A stretch of DNA of 64,000 bases from Eledone cirrhosa. Its lineage: Eukaryota. The notes below the pieces were generated by a model, which saw nothing but the letters and a program-made list of their open reading frames with translations, did no database searches and was not told where the DNA came from. Positions 41,995 to 56,411 of this stretch are shown one piece after another. Every line of letters starts with the position of its first letter. The stretch's first letter is position 1. The position numbers and the translations under genes were made by a program. The stretch is from NCBI GenBank assembly GCA_964016885.1, contig OZ024749.1:27838001-27902000 (forward strand). The letters are read 5' to 3'.

Positions 41995-42120
41995 CAGTCA
42001 GGGGCAAACTGTTCTTTGCTTTCTGAATGGCACCCCTAATTTCAAAATTGAATATCTTAGTCCACCATATGATGAGCCACATCCTATGTGGCTCATTGTT
42101 TGAAAAAGGTTGGCCATGTA
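41995..42120. mobile_element. hAT MITE, inverted homolog of 30556-30723
   Basis: cagtcaggggcaaactgt...gctttctgaatg...aatttcaaaattg...catcctatgtggc...aaaaaggttggccatg. Confidence 0.75.
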
Positions 42121-45100
42121 GGCCAACTAAGGTAGCCACATAGTGTTCTGGGCTCAGAGAGGGGTATAACAGACATATACAGTACCAGTGCTACCATTTA
42201 GGGCTACTAGGGTAGTCACATAGTGCTCTGGCCTCAGAGAGGGGTATTACAGACATATACAGTTCCTGTGCTACCATTTAGAGCTACTAGGGTAGCCACA
42301 TAGTGCTCTGGCCTCAGAGAGGGGTATTACAGACATATACAGTACAAGTGCTACCATTTAGGGCTACTAGGGTAGCCACATAGTGCTCTGGCCTCAGAGA
42401 GGGGTATTACAGACATATACAGTTCCTGTGCTACCATTTAGAGCTACTAGGGTAGCCACATAGTGCTCTGGCCTCAGAGAGGGGTATTACAGACATATAC
42501 AGTTCCTGTGCTACCATTTAGAGCTACTAGGGTAGCCACATAGTGCTCTGGCCTCAGAGAGGGGTATTACAGACATATACAGTTCCTGTGCTACCATTTA
42601 GAGCTACTAGGGTAGCCACATAGTGCTCTGGGCTCAGAGAGGGGTATTACAGACATATACAGTTCCTGTGCTACCATTTAGGGCTACTAGGGTAGCCACA
42701 TAGTGCTCTGGCCTCAGAGAGGGGTATTACAGACATATACAGTTCCTGTGCTATCATTTAGGGCTACTAGGGTAGCCACATAGTGCTCTGGGCTCAGAGA
42801 GGGGTATTACAGACATATACAGTTCCTGTGCTACCATTTAGAGCTACTAGGGTAGCCACATAGTGTTCTGGGCTCAGAGAGGGGTATTACAGACATATAC
42901 AGTTCCTGTGCTACCATTTAGAGCTACTAGGGTAGCCACATAGTGTTCTGGGCTCAGAGAGGGGTATTACAGACATATACAGTTCCTGTGCTACCATTTA
43001 GAGCTACTAGGGTAGCCACATAGTGCTCTGGGCTCAGAGAGGGGTATTACAGACATATACAGTTCCTGTGCTACCATTTAGGGCTACTAGGGTAGCCACA
43101 TAGTGCTCTGGCCTCAGAGAGGGGTATTACAGACATATACAGTTCCTGTGCTACCATTTAGAGCTACTAGGGTAGCCACATAGTGCTCTGGGCTCAGAGA
43201 GGGGTATTACAGACATATACAGTTCCTGTGCTACCATTTAGGGCTACTAGGGTAGCCACATAGTGCTCTGGCCTCAGAGAGGGGTATTACAGACATATAC
43301 AGTTCCTGTGCTACCATTTAGAGCTACTAGGGTAGCCACATAGTGCTCTGGCCTCAGAGAGGGGTATTACAGACATATACAGTACAAGTGCTACCATTTA
43401 GGGCTACTAGGGTAGCCACATAGTGCTCTGGCCTCAGAGAGGGGTATTACAGACATATACAGTTCCTGTGCTACCATTTAGAGCTACTAGGGTAGCCACA
43501 TAGTGCTCTGGCCTCAGAGAGGGGTATTACAGACATATACAGTTCCTGTGCTACCATTTAGAGCTACTAGGGTAGCCACATAGTGCTCTGGGCTCAGAGA
43601 GGGGTATTACAGACATATACAGTTCCTGTGCTACCATTTAGGGCTACTAGGGTAGCCACATAGTGCTCTGGCCTCAGAGAGGGGTATTACAGACATATAC
43701 AGTTCCTGTGCTATCATTTAGGGCTACTAGGGTAGCCACATAGTGCTCTGGGCTCAGAGAGGGGTATTACAGACATATACAGTTCCTGTGCTACCATTTA
43801 GAGCTACTAGGGTAGCCACATAGTGTTCTGGGCTCAGAGAGGGGTATTACAGACATATACAGTTCCTGTGCTACCATTTAGAGCTACTAGGGTAGCCACA
43901 TAGTGCTCTGGCCTCAGAGAGGGGTATTACAGACATATACAGTACAAGTGCTACCATTTAGGGCTACTAGGGTAGCCACATAGTGCTCTGGCCTCAGAGA
44001 GGGGTATTACAGACATATACAGTTCCTGTGCTACCATTTAGAGCTACTAGGGTAGCCACATAGTGCTCTGGCCTCAGAGAGGGGTATTACAGACATATAC
44101 AGTTCCTGTGCTACCATTTAGGGCTACTAGGGTAGCCACATAGTGCTCTGGCCTCAGAGAGGGGTATTACAGACATATACAGTTCCTGTGCTACCATTTA
44201 GGGCTACTAGGGTAGCCACATAGTGCTCTGGCCTCAGAGAGGGGTATTACAGACATATACAGTTCCTGTGCTACCATTTAGAGCTACTAGGGTAGCCACA
44301 TAGTGCTCTGGGCTCAGAGAGGGGTATTACAGACATATACAGTTCCTGTGCTACCATTTAGGGCTACTAGGGTAGCCACATAGTGCTCTGGCCTCAGAGA
44401 GGGGTATTACAGACATATACAGTTCCTGTGCTACCATTTAGAGCTACTAGGGTAGCCACATAGTGCTCTGGCCTCAGAGAGGGGTATTACAGACATATAC
44501 AGTACAAGTGCTACCATTTAGGGCTACTAGGGTAGCCACATAGTGCTCTGGGCTCAGAGAGGGGTATTACAGACATATACAGTTCCTGTGCTACCATTTA
44601 GGGCTACTAGGGTAGCCACATAGTGCTCTGGCCTCAGAGAGGGGTATTACAGACATATACAGTTCCTGTGCTACCATTTAGAGCTACTAGGGTAGCCACA
44701 TAGTGCTCTGGCCTCAGAGAGGGGTATTACAGACATATACAGTTCCTGTGCTACCATTTAGAGCTACTAGGGTAGCCACATAGTGCTCTGGCCTCAGAAA
44801 GGGGTATTACAGACATATACAGTTCCTGTGCTACCATTTAGGGCTACTAGGGTAGCCACATAGTGCTCTGGCCTCAGAGAGGGGTATTACAGACATATAC
44901 AGTTCCTGTGCTACCATTTAGGGCTACTAGGGTAGCCACATAGTGCTCTGGCCTCAGAGAGGGGTATTACAGACATATACAGTTCCTGTGCTACCATTTA
45001 GAGCTACTAGGGTAGCCACATAGTGCTCTGGCCTCAGAGAGGGGTATTACAGACATATACAGTTCCTGTGCTACCATTTAGAGCTACTAGGGTAGCCACA

Positions 45101-45800
45101 TAGTGCTCTGGGCTCAGAGAGGGGTATTACAGACATATACAGTTCCTGTGCTACCATTTAGGGCTACTAGGGTAGCCACATAGTGCTCTGGCCTCAGAGA
45201 GGGGTATTACAGACATATACAGTTCCTGTGCTACCATTTAGGGCTACTAGGGTAGCCACATAGTGCTCTGGCCTCAGAGAGGGGTATTACAGACATATAC
45301 AGTTCCTGTGCTACCATTTAGGGCTACTAGGGTAGCCACATAGTGCTCTGGCCTCAGAGAGGGGTATTACAGACATATACAGTTCCTGTGCTACCATTTA
45401 GAGCTACTAGGGTAGCCACATAGTGCTCTGGCCTCAGAGAGGGGTATTACAGACATATACAGTTCCTGTGCTACCATTTAGAGCTACTAGGGTAGCCACA
45501 TAGTGCTCTGGGCTCAGAGAGGGGTATTACAGACATATACAGTTCCTGTGCTACCATTTAGGGCTACTAGGGTAGCCACATAGTGCTCTGGCCTCAGAGA
45601 GGGGTATTACAGACATATACAGTTCCTGTGCTACCATTTAGGGCTACTAGGGTAGCCACATAGTGCTCTGGCCTCAGAGAGGGGTATTACAGACATATAC
45701 AGTTCCTGTGCTACCATTTAGGGCTACTAGGGTAGCCACATAGTGCTCTGGCCTCAGAGAGGGGTATTACAGACATATACAGTACAAGTGCTATCATTTA
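42121..45800. repeat. Homogeneous 80-bp satellite, 46 units
   Basis: Unit gggctactagggtagccacatagtgctctggcctcagagaggggtattacagacatatacagttcctgtgctaccattta; 3680 bp with no visible indels. Confidence 0.97.
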
Positions 45801-45853
45801 GGTCAGTCATTCAGCCCAATGCTAAAAAAAGGTTGCCCATGCCTGGTATAGAA

Positions 45854-46290
45854 GCAGGCATAGCTACATGTGGTTTCAGGCTCTGACTTGGGAGCAAGTG
45901 ATGTCTACTACTATATATAACTTCTGTTTGTGGCACCTTGGGAGCAAGTGATGTCTACTGCTATATGTAGCCGCTGTTTGTGGCACCTTGGGAAGCAAGT
46001 GACGTCAACTGCTATATATAGCTTCTGTTTGCATATTGCCTTGTGAGGGAAACTTGGGGTGGAGTGGTGGAAGCCCATGTGTATATGTGTGTGTGTGTTT
46101 AAGGTTACTGTTTGTCTTTGTCTCATAACTTAGCAGTTCAACAAAGAGACATTGATAAAATAAGGACCAAACTTGAAAAAAAAAAGAAACATAATAGAAA
46201 TAAGTACTGGGGCCAATATAATCAACAAAATAATTTTACAGCAATGCCCCAGCAAGGCCGCAATCTCATGACAAATTAATAAATAAACGA
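45854..46290 (+). mobile_element. Decayed SINE of a third family; similar 3' end at 46780-46960
   Basis: gcaccttgggagcaagtgatgtctactgctata (x3), ggaagccc, taagtactgggg, atgccccagca.ggccgca. Confidence 0.6.
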
Positions 46291-46346
46291 ATGATTGGAT
46301 GGATGAATGATAGATAGATAGATAGATAGGTAAGTAGATAGTTCGT

Positions 46347-46695
46347 CAGGAAAAAAGCACCCAGCCCACACTGTAAATTGATTGTGTAGGTATCATGACA
46401 AAAAGTAACCAGCTCACACTGTAAAGTGGTTGTGTAGGTATCACAACAAAAAGCACCCAGCTCACACTGTAAAGTGGTTGTGTAGGTATCACGACAAAAA
46501 GCACCCAGTAGTACTCACTGTAAATGAGGTTGGCTTTAGAGAGAGCATCCAGCCGGAGAAACCAAGCCCAAATTAGTTCTGTATGAGCAAGACATGGTCA
46601 CCTCACCTAGCATTGCCCACAACAGGGCAACTCATTTAACCCATGCTAGCATGGAAAAATGGACATAAAACGGTGATGATGATGATGATGATGAT
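46347..46695 (+). mobile_element. SINE B 3' half with triplicated internal unit
   Basis: aaaaagcacccagctcacactgtaaagtggttgtgtaggtatc x3, then tail. Confidence 0.8.
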
Positions 46696-47841
46696 AGTTA
46701 GGTAGATAGATAGATGTCGTCTAACCCATGGTAGCATGAAAAATTAAATGGTCATGATAATGATAGATGTAGATAAGTCTGTGTCTCCGCCTGTCTCTTC
46801 ACGTTTACTGTTAGTTTATATCCCATAACTTAGCAGGTTAACAAATAGAGATCAATAAAACAAAATAGTATGTAAGTATTGGGGGTTGATATTATCGGCT
46901 AAATCCTTTCAAGATGGTGCCCCAGCATGGCCGCAGTTTCAAGACCGAAACCAAAAAAAGATTTTACAGAAAAGATTATTAATATAGAATTAAAATGACA
47001 CAAAGGAACCCACATTAATAACAACAACAACAACACTAACAACAACAACAATAACCAGAAAAGAAGTGAACAGTGAAACCGAGAGACAATTCTTAGATTT
47101 CTGGTGTTGGCATGTGTTTGGAAAATTTCTTCAGATTCTTGAGAAAAATCTCAAGAAATTCTAACAAAGAGGGTGGGATTAATATATCTAGAATCACCAA
47201 ATATCTCTCCAAATGGATTTTTCTTCAACATTATCACCACCAGCATCAATGGCAAATTATCAAAGAGCTTTATAGGAATCAAGAATATTTTCAATAATAA
47301 TAATGGTGAGAAGAGGGGATGAGGAGGAGGAGAAGAGGAGGGAGAAGAAGAAGATGGAGAAGATGGAGAAGGAGAAGAGAGGGGGAGATGGGGGGATCTA
47401 AAGATAAAAAAGAAAAAGAAAAGGGGGAATGAAGATGGTAAATATTTGCAGACAAACACAAGAACCAAATAATGAAAGTATCAAGAAAATAAAGGAATTG
47501 GTAACAAAGAGAGAAAGAAAGAAAGAAAGAAAGAACTGTATGTAGTCGAGTGGGTAAGTCAATAATAAGAACATTTCCAGCCTAAAAGCAAAACCTAGTC
47601 AACCTTTATATGTCGGGGGGGGGGGGGGGGGGTGTGTGTGTGGATGTCTCTGTGTCCATGTGAGTATATGGATGTCTGTGTGTCTATGTGGGTGAGTGTA
47701 TTCACACATATATATATATATGTATATATATATGTGTGAGTGTGTATGTATGTGGATGTCTGTGTGTGTGTATGCACATATATACACATATGTACATATA
47801 TATATATAAAGATGTGTGTAAGTGTAGATAGATATATGTAT

Positions 47842-47886
<45 letters not shown>

Positions 47887-48471
47887 TATATATATATACA
47901 TACACACCTTTTATCTTACATTTCAAGCCAATAATGGTTTATGTAGAACACAGTAGTAGATTTATTCCACTACTTTACAGTAATTACCTTATCTCTCTCT
48001 CTCTCCCTCTCTCTCTGCCCTGAAGAAGGACAGGAGGAGGAGGAGAAGGAGGCGAAGAGGGAGGGGGACTTAACTGTTTAGAGAGGAGTGTTTACCAAAG
48101 TGACTTCTGTGAAGATCTGAGGTTTTGTGAGATAAGACATCCTAATAAAATTTAATGAAAATTTATTACACACACACACATACACGCATGTATATGAGTA
48201 TGTGTGAGTGCGTATGTTTGTGAATAAATTCTTTCTAAGAAGCCAAGTTTCTTTAATTTAATTTTTTATTAAAATTAAGCTAGCGGGGATTGTCCAGAAA
48301 ATGTAAGATATGATATAGACACAGAACTGGATTTGGTCCTTTCCAGACCACTTAAAAGATTATGGTGCCCCTTCCCATCATATATAAAGTCAGTTAAAAA
48401 ATGTTTTTTTCAATGATAAATACCTTTAATTTAAATAAAATGGTGCCCCTCTTATCATGGATGTCCTAAGA

Positions 48472-49280
48472 CTCACTACCACAGTGATATATGCCTGGAC
48501 AATGTGGGAGAACACTCTCCAATAATACAGACCACCATTACCATCACTACCATGGTGATATATGCCTGGACAATGTGGGAGACCACTCTCTAATAATACA
48601 GACCACCATTACCATCACTACCATGGTGATATATGGCTGGACAATGTGGGAGACCACTCTCTAATAATACAGACCACCATCACCATCACTACCACAGTGA
48701 TATATGCCTGGACAATGTGGGAGAACACTCTCCAATAATACAGACCACCATCACCATCACTACCACAGTGATATATGGCTGGACAATGTGGGAGACCACT
48801 CTCCAATAATACAGACCACCATTACCATCACTACCATGGTGATATATGTCTGGACAATGTGGGAGACCACTCTCTAATAATACAGACCACCATTACCATC
48901 ACTACCATGGTGATATATGTCTGGACAATGTGGGAGACCACTCTCCAATAATACAGACCACCATTACCATCACTACCATGGTGATATATGTCTGGACAAT
49001 GTGGGAGACCACTCTCTAATAATACAGACCACCATCACCATCACTACCACAGTGATATATGTCTGGACAATGTGGGAGAACTCTCTAATAATACAGACCA
49101 CCATTACCATCACTACCACAGTGATATATGTCTGGACAATGTGGGAGAACTCTCTAATAATACAGACCACCATTACCATCACTACCACAGTGATATATGG
49201 CTGGACAATGTGGGAGAACACTCTCCAATAATACAGACCATCAACATTACTACCACCACCACCACTCTCCAATAACACAC
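48472..49280. repeat. About 71-bp minisatellite, about 11 copies
   Basis: gtgatatatgtctggacaatgtgggagaccactctctaataatacagaccaccattaccatcactac. Confidence 0.95.
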
Positions 49281-50894
49281 AGGCCACCACCATATCTAAC
49301 ACAACAATATATGACTTTTTTTTTTAAGCGCTATTTAGATACAGGAAAAAATATCTTCTTGGATCAGATGTTAAGAAAAAAAAAAATCTAAAACAACAGC
49401 AGCTTTCATTCCATTTCACAATGGCTGTTGTTGAGACCACCTGTGTACATCGTCTCCTTGTCTGCCACATTCCTCTGTGGAGATGAGAGTCTTGCACCTG
49501 AGGAAGGACCCCTGTGAGGTGGAATGGTTCAAGTAGCGGATATTGCTGGCTGTTCTTTATGATAACACATCTACCATTTTGTCTGCAGGAGATATGGTGT
49601 ACAATCAAAGCTTTTAGTGTTTGCCTCTATTTTTGTTTTTCTTCTGTTTTGCTATTTCATGTTTTTATTTTTATAGTGAATGTTTGAAAACTTTTAATTT
49701 TTATAGAAACAGAAAAAAAGATTTAAAAAAATCCTACCAGCAAGGGTTCCTCTGATTTTTTCAAACTACTGAGAGGAACATTTTTTGCTTTGAGTAAAAA
49801 TATTTTAAATTCAAAGCGATTGTGCAGCAACATTTCAAGGCTATAGAGCAGCAATATTTTAATATGTGCAGCACAGATACAGCAACTGCAAGGCAATGTA
49901 TCTATACAGCTTAGAGAGAATGTTGTCTATCAAGGTTACTATTGAGTATTTTAATGTCGTTTTAGTGTTGTTAGAAAAGGGATCACACTAAACTTACCTA
50001 AAGCTATTAGAAATTGGAAGAGGTGTGAGAGAGGTAAGAGAGTGGTGGGAGAGTGGTAAGAGAGTGGTGTGAGAGAAGTAGGAGGGGTGTGTGAGAGGGA
50101 GGAGATGGGTGTGTGAGAAGTGTGAGAGGGGTGTGTGAGAGGTGGGAGAGTGGTGTGAGAAAGGTAGGAGAGTGGTGTGAGAAAGGTAGGAGAGTGGTGT
50201 GAGAAAGGTAGGAGAGGGGTGTGAGAGGGAGGAGAGATGTGAGAGAGGGAGGAGAGATGTGAGAGAGGTAGAAGAGCGGTTGGACAGAGAGAGAGGACAT
50301 GTTGAAAGAGGTGTCAGGGAAGTAGGAGACAGATAGGAAAGTGGTATTAACTGATACCCTAAAGATAAGTGGACATCTGGAGTAAGCCCTGTGTTAATAC
50401 AGCCATTTATTTGAAGAAGAAGATGTAGAAATTATGTCAATCGTTCAGTTTTATCTCAGAATTGGTGGAGTCATCGAAACATCCAGATTAAATGCCCTGC
50501 TGTTTGCTCTGGTTGGTACTTTATTTGGCAGCTCCGAAAGAATGAAGGCTAAGTTGATCTTGGCAAATATTTGACTTCAGAACATAGGGTAGGGTGTCAG
50601 AACAACTATCAACATGACACTTAAACTGATACTCTAACAAGCCTCAGTCAGGTTGGTATGGAATGGTGCCGTCACTCCTGATGGAATTGTAGGGGCACTG
50701 TAGTGACAAACAGCTTTTCTTGAGCATTTCAAGCCTGAATAGAGCAGATTTCTTCCAGAGAAGCATAGAGGAAGTGAGAAAGAGATGTAGAAGAATCGAC
50801 CACAGTACTAGACTGGTACTTTCTTTTTTATCAACCTTGAAAGGGAAAGTTGATAGAGAGTGAAAGAATGGAAGTGAGAAAGAGATGTAGACGA

Positions 50895-51060
50895 AAAATG
50901 AACCCCCCAGTACTAGGCTGGTACTTTTTATTATCGACTTTGAAAGGATGAAAGGCAAAGTTGACCTCGGCGGAATTTGAACTCAGAGAGCAGAGGGCCA
51001 GAAGGGAATATCACAAATCACTCTATCCGACATTCTAATGACTCTGCCAATTCGCTGCCT
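50895..51060 (-). mobile_element. Family A-related SINE
   Basis: aaggatgaaaggcaaagttgacctcggcggaatttgaactcag...ctctgccaattcgctgcc. Confidence 0.8.
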
Positions 51061-51619
51061 CTCAGCCAGTTTACTATCTCCTAATTATCTACAGTAAAAT
51101 TACTTTGCATATGTCATGTCACCAGATGTAGTTCCCACTTGAAATTCTCTAAAACAATGATAAAGTGTCATGCTATTTATTTATGTGTTAAAACAGAAAT
51201 ACCAATTCTAAAATGTTATATCTAATATCTCTTTTGGAAAATAACACTGATGACATTTAGATATCAATTTGATATCCACAGAAATATATATAGGACTATG
51301 GTTTATTTATTTATTTAGCATCATATTTTATATTTTTTACTGTTTAGTCAAGGAGAGAAGGGCAAAACCCATGAACCTTTCAGGGCTTCTGGGGATGGTG
51401 GGAGGGAGGGAGAGTGTTGTTGAACATTTTGAATGGCTGAGGCCAGTGGGAGGGTAGGGGAAGTATTCATGGACATTTCAAGGGACTCTGAGGCCAGTGG
51501 GAGGAAGGGACAGTGCCTGGCAAACATTTCCAGGGAATCTGAGGCCAGTGGGAAGGAATGTGCAGGGTTACAATAGCTAGGTGGCAGACCAAGGAATACA
51601 CCACCATCTTCTCAGCAAT

Positions 51620-52330
51620 CTGACTGGTTAGCAACTGGATCTGATCAAATAAACTGAGGAATGTACACCCTCTGTCAATGACATAGGTATAGTTAAGAGA
51701 CAGAGACCAAAAACTGGGGTGTGGGGTTCTCACCACCTGACTGGATATGAGCTAGGGTGACAGAAACCATAGATTAGGGGGTGGGATTCTCTCTCTCACC
51801 TGACCCCCTACCCCACAACCTGCACCTGACTAACTGGATCTGTGCTAGGGGGACAGACCATTGACTAGGAGGGGGGTTTCTCTCTCTCTCACCAGATTCT
51901 TCTCCTCACATCTGACTCAATGGATCTGAGCTGAGAAAAACCATAGATTAGGGGTTGGGGCTCTCTCTCACACCTAACCTCCCCACACACATGACTAACT
52001 GGATCTGAGTTAAGGGAACAGAAACCATAGACTAAAGGGACTCATCTGATCTCTACATATCCCACCCACACCTGACTAACTTGATCCCATGTAGGTGACA
52101 CAGTCTCCCCCCCCCTCTTCCCTGAAGGGAATTTACACGCACACCTCAGCCCTCTACTCATCCTCCCACCTGACTAACTAGACCTCAAATGTGAGTGACA
52201 GCCCCCCCCAACCCTTCAGGGAGTTCTCTCTCTCTCTCACCTCACCCTTCACACACACACACACCCCACCTGACTAACTAGATCTCATGTAGGTGATACA
52301 GTCCAGGGATTCTCTCTCTCACCTGATACT
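51620..52330. repeat. Diverged tandem repeat, irregular units
   Basis: cacctgactaactggatct..acagaaaccatagattagggg recurs about 7 times. Confidence 0.7.
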
Positions 52331-53025
52331 CCACTCAACCACAGACACACCTCCCCTCTTCCTCCTACTGCCAACACTACTACTACTACCAGTCTCACCA
52401 CCTCCTCCTCCAACCACAAGACTCAAGTCTCCCTACCCCCACACCACAGACTCACCGTCCTACTACTACTACTACAACAACAACACCCTAAACCTGACTA
52501 ATTGCTAACTGAGTCTGATCAGATAAATAGATGTACAATGAATACCACACCAATAAAAAGACAATCAGCTGCTGAAAAAGGTGTCACCAGCTTCACCTAT
52601 TTCACCTGCCTGTATGAGTAATTAGAGAATTAGTTACATCTTTCATCTTTACTTAAAAGGAAGCGGAGCGGAAGGAGAGGGAGGAGGTATCAGTATATAA
52701 AGTCCCGCCCTTGCAAGTAGGGAAAAGCAGAGGTTTGATGATGATGATGATGATGATGATGAAAGAAAAAGAAAAGGGAAAAATATATTTTTCCTTCAGT
52801 TATCCACAAGTCTTGTTATATATACATTTTATCACCATCATTTAATGGATTTTCCCCTGGTGTATATAGGTATACACACACATATATATATACATACATA
52901 CATACATACATGTATATATATATAATTGTTTCTACTTTTTGGAACAAGGCCAGCAATTACTCAGTACATTACTGGTACTTTATTTTGTCGACCCCGTAAT
53001 ATAGATATATATGACACACACACAC

Positions 53026-53058
<33 letters not shown>

Positions 53059-53644
53059 AACACATGCACATATATATATACACAAATACATATGTATATA
53101 TATATAGAGACACATAACTATATATATATATATATACACACATGCACAGACACACGACACAGCAGCCATGACAATAGGTTTGCCAGCAGAAATAATAGTA
53201 CATGTGTTTATAAACAAACAAGATCAAAGCTAACCTGGTAATTACTAAGGTTTTAATAAAATTAATGAGTGGTTCATTAACATGGCCTAACATGGTCACC
53301 ACCACCACCACCACCACACAACATGGCCTAACATGGCCGCCACCGACAAGACACAACATGGCCGCCATCAACACAGACAACATGGCCACCACCACCAGGA
53401 CATACAACATATATTTTATATAAACATGTTAACATTTTTATAGACATCGCATGTAGAACACTTAACATACGTACATGTGTGTTTGTATTTGTATGTCTGG
53501 AGGTGTGCAAGTGTTGTGTGTGTGTGTGTTGTAAGAGATGTGTGTTGTGTGTAGTGTGTATATTTGTGTTGAATGTGTTTATTTGTGTTGTGTGTTGTGT
53601 GTGTAGTGTTGTGTAGGTGTGTACAGGTGTGTAATATGTAGACA

Positions 53645-54385
53645 CATCATGACTGAATAGTTAAGAAGTTCAGATCCCAACCATCAGTTATCAGGTTCAA
53701 TCCCACGGTGAGACATCTGTTTATATATGTGTAGAGTAAGGATGTCTGTGTGTACATGTATGTATGTATGTATGTATACACATTATGGCTACATAGTTCA
53801 CTTCCCAACCATTAGTTCCAAGGTTCAATCCCACGGTGAGATGTCTGTCTACCTGTGTAAGTGTATATGTGTAGAGGAGTATGCGTATGTGTGTACGTGT
53901 ATACATGTATGCATGTATGCATGTATACACATCATGGTTAAATAGTTCACTTCCCAACCAGGTTCAATCCCACTGTCAGACATCTTAGTCAAACGTTATT
54001 TACTATAACTTCACATTGACCTATGTCTTGTGAGTGAAATTGGCAGACAGAAACTGTTTGGAAGCCCATCAGATGGACTACTGTATTTGTAATTCAAAGG
54101 ACCAGCCTTGTCACAATGTATATTACTGAATCTCCCTGAGAACAACATTAAGGGTACACGTGTCTGTGGAACGCTCAGCCACTGGTACTGTAGTACAAGA
54201 TGGACTATACCTGTATTTCAAAGGTCAGCCTTATCACACCATGTGTTATTCTGAGTCTCCCTGAGATTTACGTTTAGGGTACATATATCTTTGGACTGCT
54301 CAGCCGCTTATGTGTAAACTTCAAGTCCAAGCTGTTCCATTGATCAAACTGCAATGCTCATCGCTGACACAGACTGAGGTCCATT
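53645..54385 (+). mobile_element. SINE heads (x3) plus composite SINE body
   Basis: cttcccaacca..ggttcaatcccac B box x3; gaaactgtttggaagccc; duplicated ttcaaagg.cagcctt..tctccctgag block. Confidence 0.6.
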
Positions 54386-54386
54386 C

Positions 54387-54464
<78 letters not shown>

Positions 54465-54952
54465 GTCTGAAGTAATTACACTTGTGTGTGTGTGTTTTAA
54501 ATGGCAAAAATATATTTTAAATGTCAAAATTGTAATTTACACATACATTATATATATTTACATATGAATACATACATGTGTGTATAGCTATCTATTTATC
54601 TCTCTCTCTATTCTCTATCTATATATATATATATATATATATATAGATATACACATATATGCATACATATATATATAGATATACACACATATATATGCAT
54701 ACATATACATATATACACATATATATATACATACATATATACATATACATGCACATACATACACATACACATATATACACATAATCATATATATATATAT
54801 ATACATACACATATATATACATATACAGATATATATATATACATACACATATATATATACATACACACACATATATATATATACATACACATATATATAT
54901 ATATACATACACATATATATATATATACATACACACACATATATATATACAT

Positions 54953-54983
<31 letters not shown>

Positions 54984-55409
54984 CATACACACACACATAT
55001 ATATATATATATATATGTATGCATGTGTGTACATGTGAGCATGTATATATGAGTGCACATGCGAGCATGTATATGTATGTATACATATGTGTGAGCAGGT
55101 ATGTGTACATATCAGCATGTATATGTGTGCACATGTTGCGCAGGTAGGTTTGTGTATGTGTTCATATGTAATCTGTATGCACTCAGCATGAATACACCAT
55201 GTCATGGATAGTTTGAAATTCTAAACACACACATACAGCACCCATTAATATATACACATGCACACACAAATATATATACACACACACGCACACACACACA
55301 TACATATATATATATTAAGGGAAGGAGCGAGTAAGTTACAGGAAGTTTTTTTCTCAATGACTGAATAGTTTAGCTAATTACTCCAAGTGTATGTATTCGT
55401 GTATGTATG

Positions 55410-55472
<63 letters not shown>

Positions 55473-55764
55473 CCTTTCTTTATCTTTTTCTCACAACCCA
55501 GCCTTCCCTCTCTCCCTGATCCACTCTGTTTTTTTTTTATCTCTCTCACCTCTCACCTACCTTCTCTCTCTTTCTCTCTCTCACCTACCTTCTCTCTCTA
55601 TATATATCTCTCTCTCTTACAATAGATAAATTAGTAAATAGGAAGTAAAAAACATGAAACTGTTAGAAAATCTTTAGAGATACAAATCAGGGCAAAAATC
55701 TATCAAATACAGAGTTACAGGAATTATTATACATACAGATACAAATTTATACATACATATATAT

Positions 55765-55936
55765 GAAAAAGTATGACCCCGACGGCAGAGCTCAAGCCGT
55801 TTCGACGGCTATTTGTGGAGTCCAGAAATAGCCATCGAAACGGCTTGAGCTCTGCCGTCGGAGTCATACTTTTTCCTATTACCTACTCTACTACCCTAAG
55901 TATTGAGTACTCTGGTTCCTTACCACATTTCCTTCG

Positions 55937-55937
<1 letters not shown>
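55765..55937 (+). mobile_element. Fold-back element family C
   Basis: Arms 55765-55819 / 55821-55875, then tail into (TA)n. Confidence 0.85.
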
Positions 55938-55983
<46 letters not shown>

Positions 55984-56111
55984 AAAGTTCTATTTAAAGT
56001 TGTTGGGATACAACAAGTAAATATTTTTATAACTGATATAAAGCACTCGACAAATTTTTGGAGTAGATATGCGATATTAATAAATGGAAACTATATTTAT
56101 AAAACCATATT

Positions 56112-56176
56112 TATTTCATTATACATATTTCAGGGATACCACATTAAATTATGGTATGCCTTCATCAGACAAAATA
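56112..56176 (-). ncRNA. Type I hammerhead ribozyme (family B)
   Basis: TATTTTGT-CTGATGA-agg c atacca ta atttaa tg tggtat c cct-GAAA-TATGTA-TA-ATGAAATA. Confidence 0.8.
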
Positions 56177-56346
56177 CAATATATATCAGTTTTACAAATA
56201 GGTTTCTCTTTCTTTCTCTCCGTCTTTTTCTAATTGTGCTTAACACTTTGACTTATATAAACAAATCACTATCAATACAGCCTCCAAAAGTAATGGTTGT
56301 ATTTTAAAGGGTACGTCAAACCTATTTGTAAAACTGTTATATATTG

Positions 56347-56411
56347 TATTTTGTCTGATGAAGGCATACCATAATTTAATGTGGCATCCCTGAAATATGT
56401 ATAATGAAATA
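56347..56411 (+). ncRNA. Type I hammerhead ribozyme (family B)
   Basis: Inverted twin of 56112-56176 with one extra stem II mismatch; predicted cut after A56403. Confidence 0.78.

Noticed and set aside
42121-45800. CRISPR array or ribozyme satellite
   Set aside because: No unique spacers, no cas genes, and no CUGANGA/GAAA core on either strand
47112-47297. 61-aa ORF in complex sequence
   Set aside because: Short, no recognisable homology, no clear splice signals
48618-49391. His-rich repeat ORFs
   Set aside because: The 71-bp unit shifts frame between copies; minisatellite
52694-52760. TATA box plus GC box promoter
   Set aside because: The cccgccc lies in a SINE B tail fragment; no downstream gene evidence
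56206-56317. Spacer as the end of a GIY-YIG ORF
   Set aside because: Only a short basic peptide after a stop; no diagnostic motif
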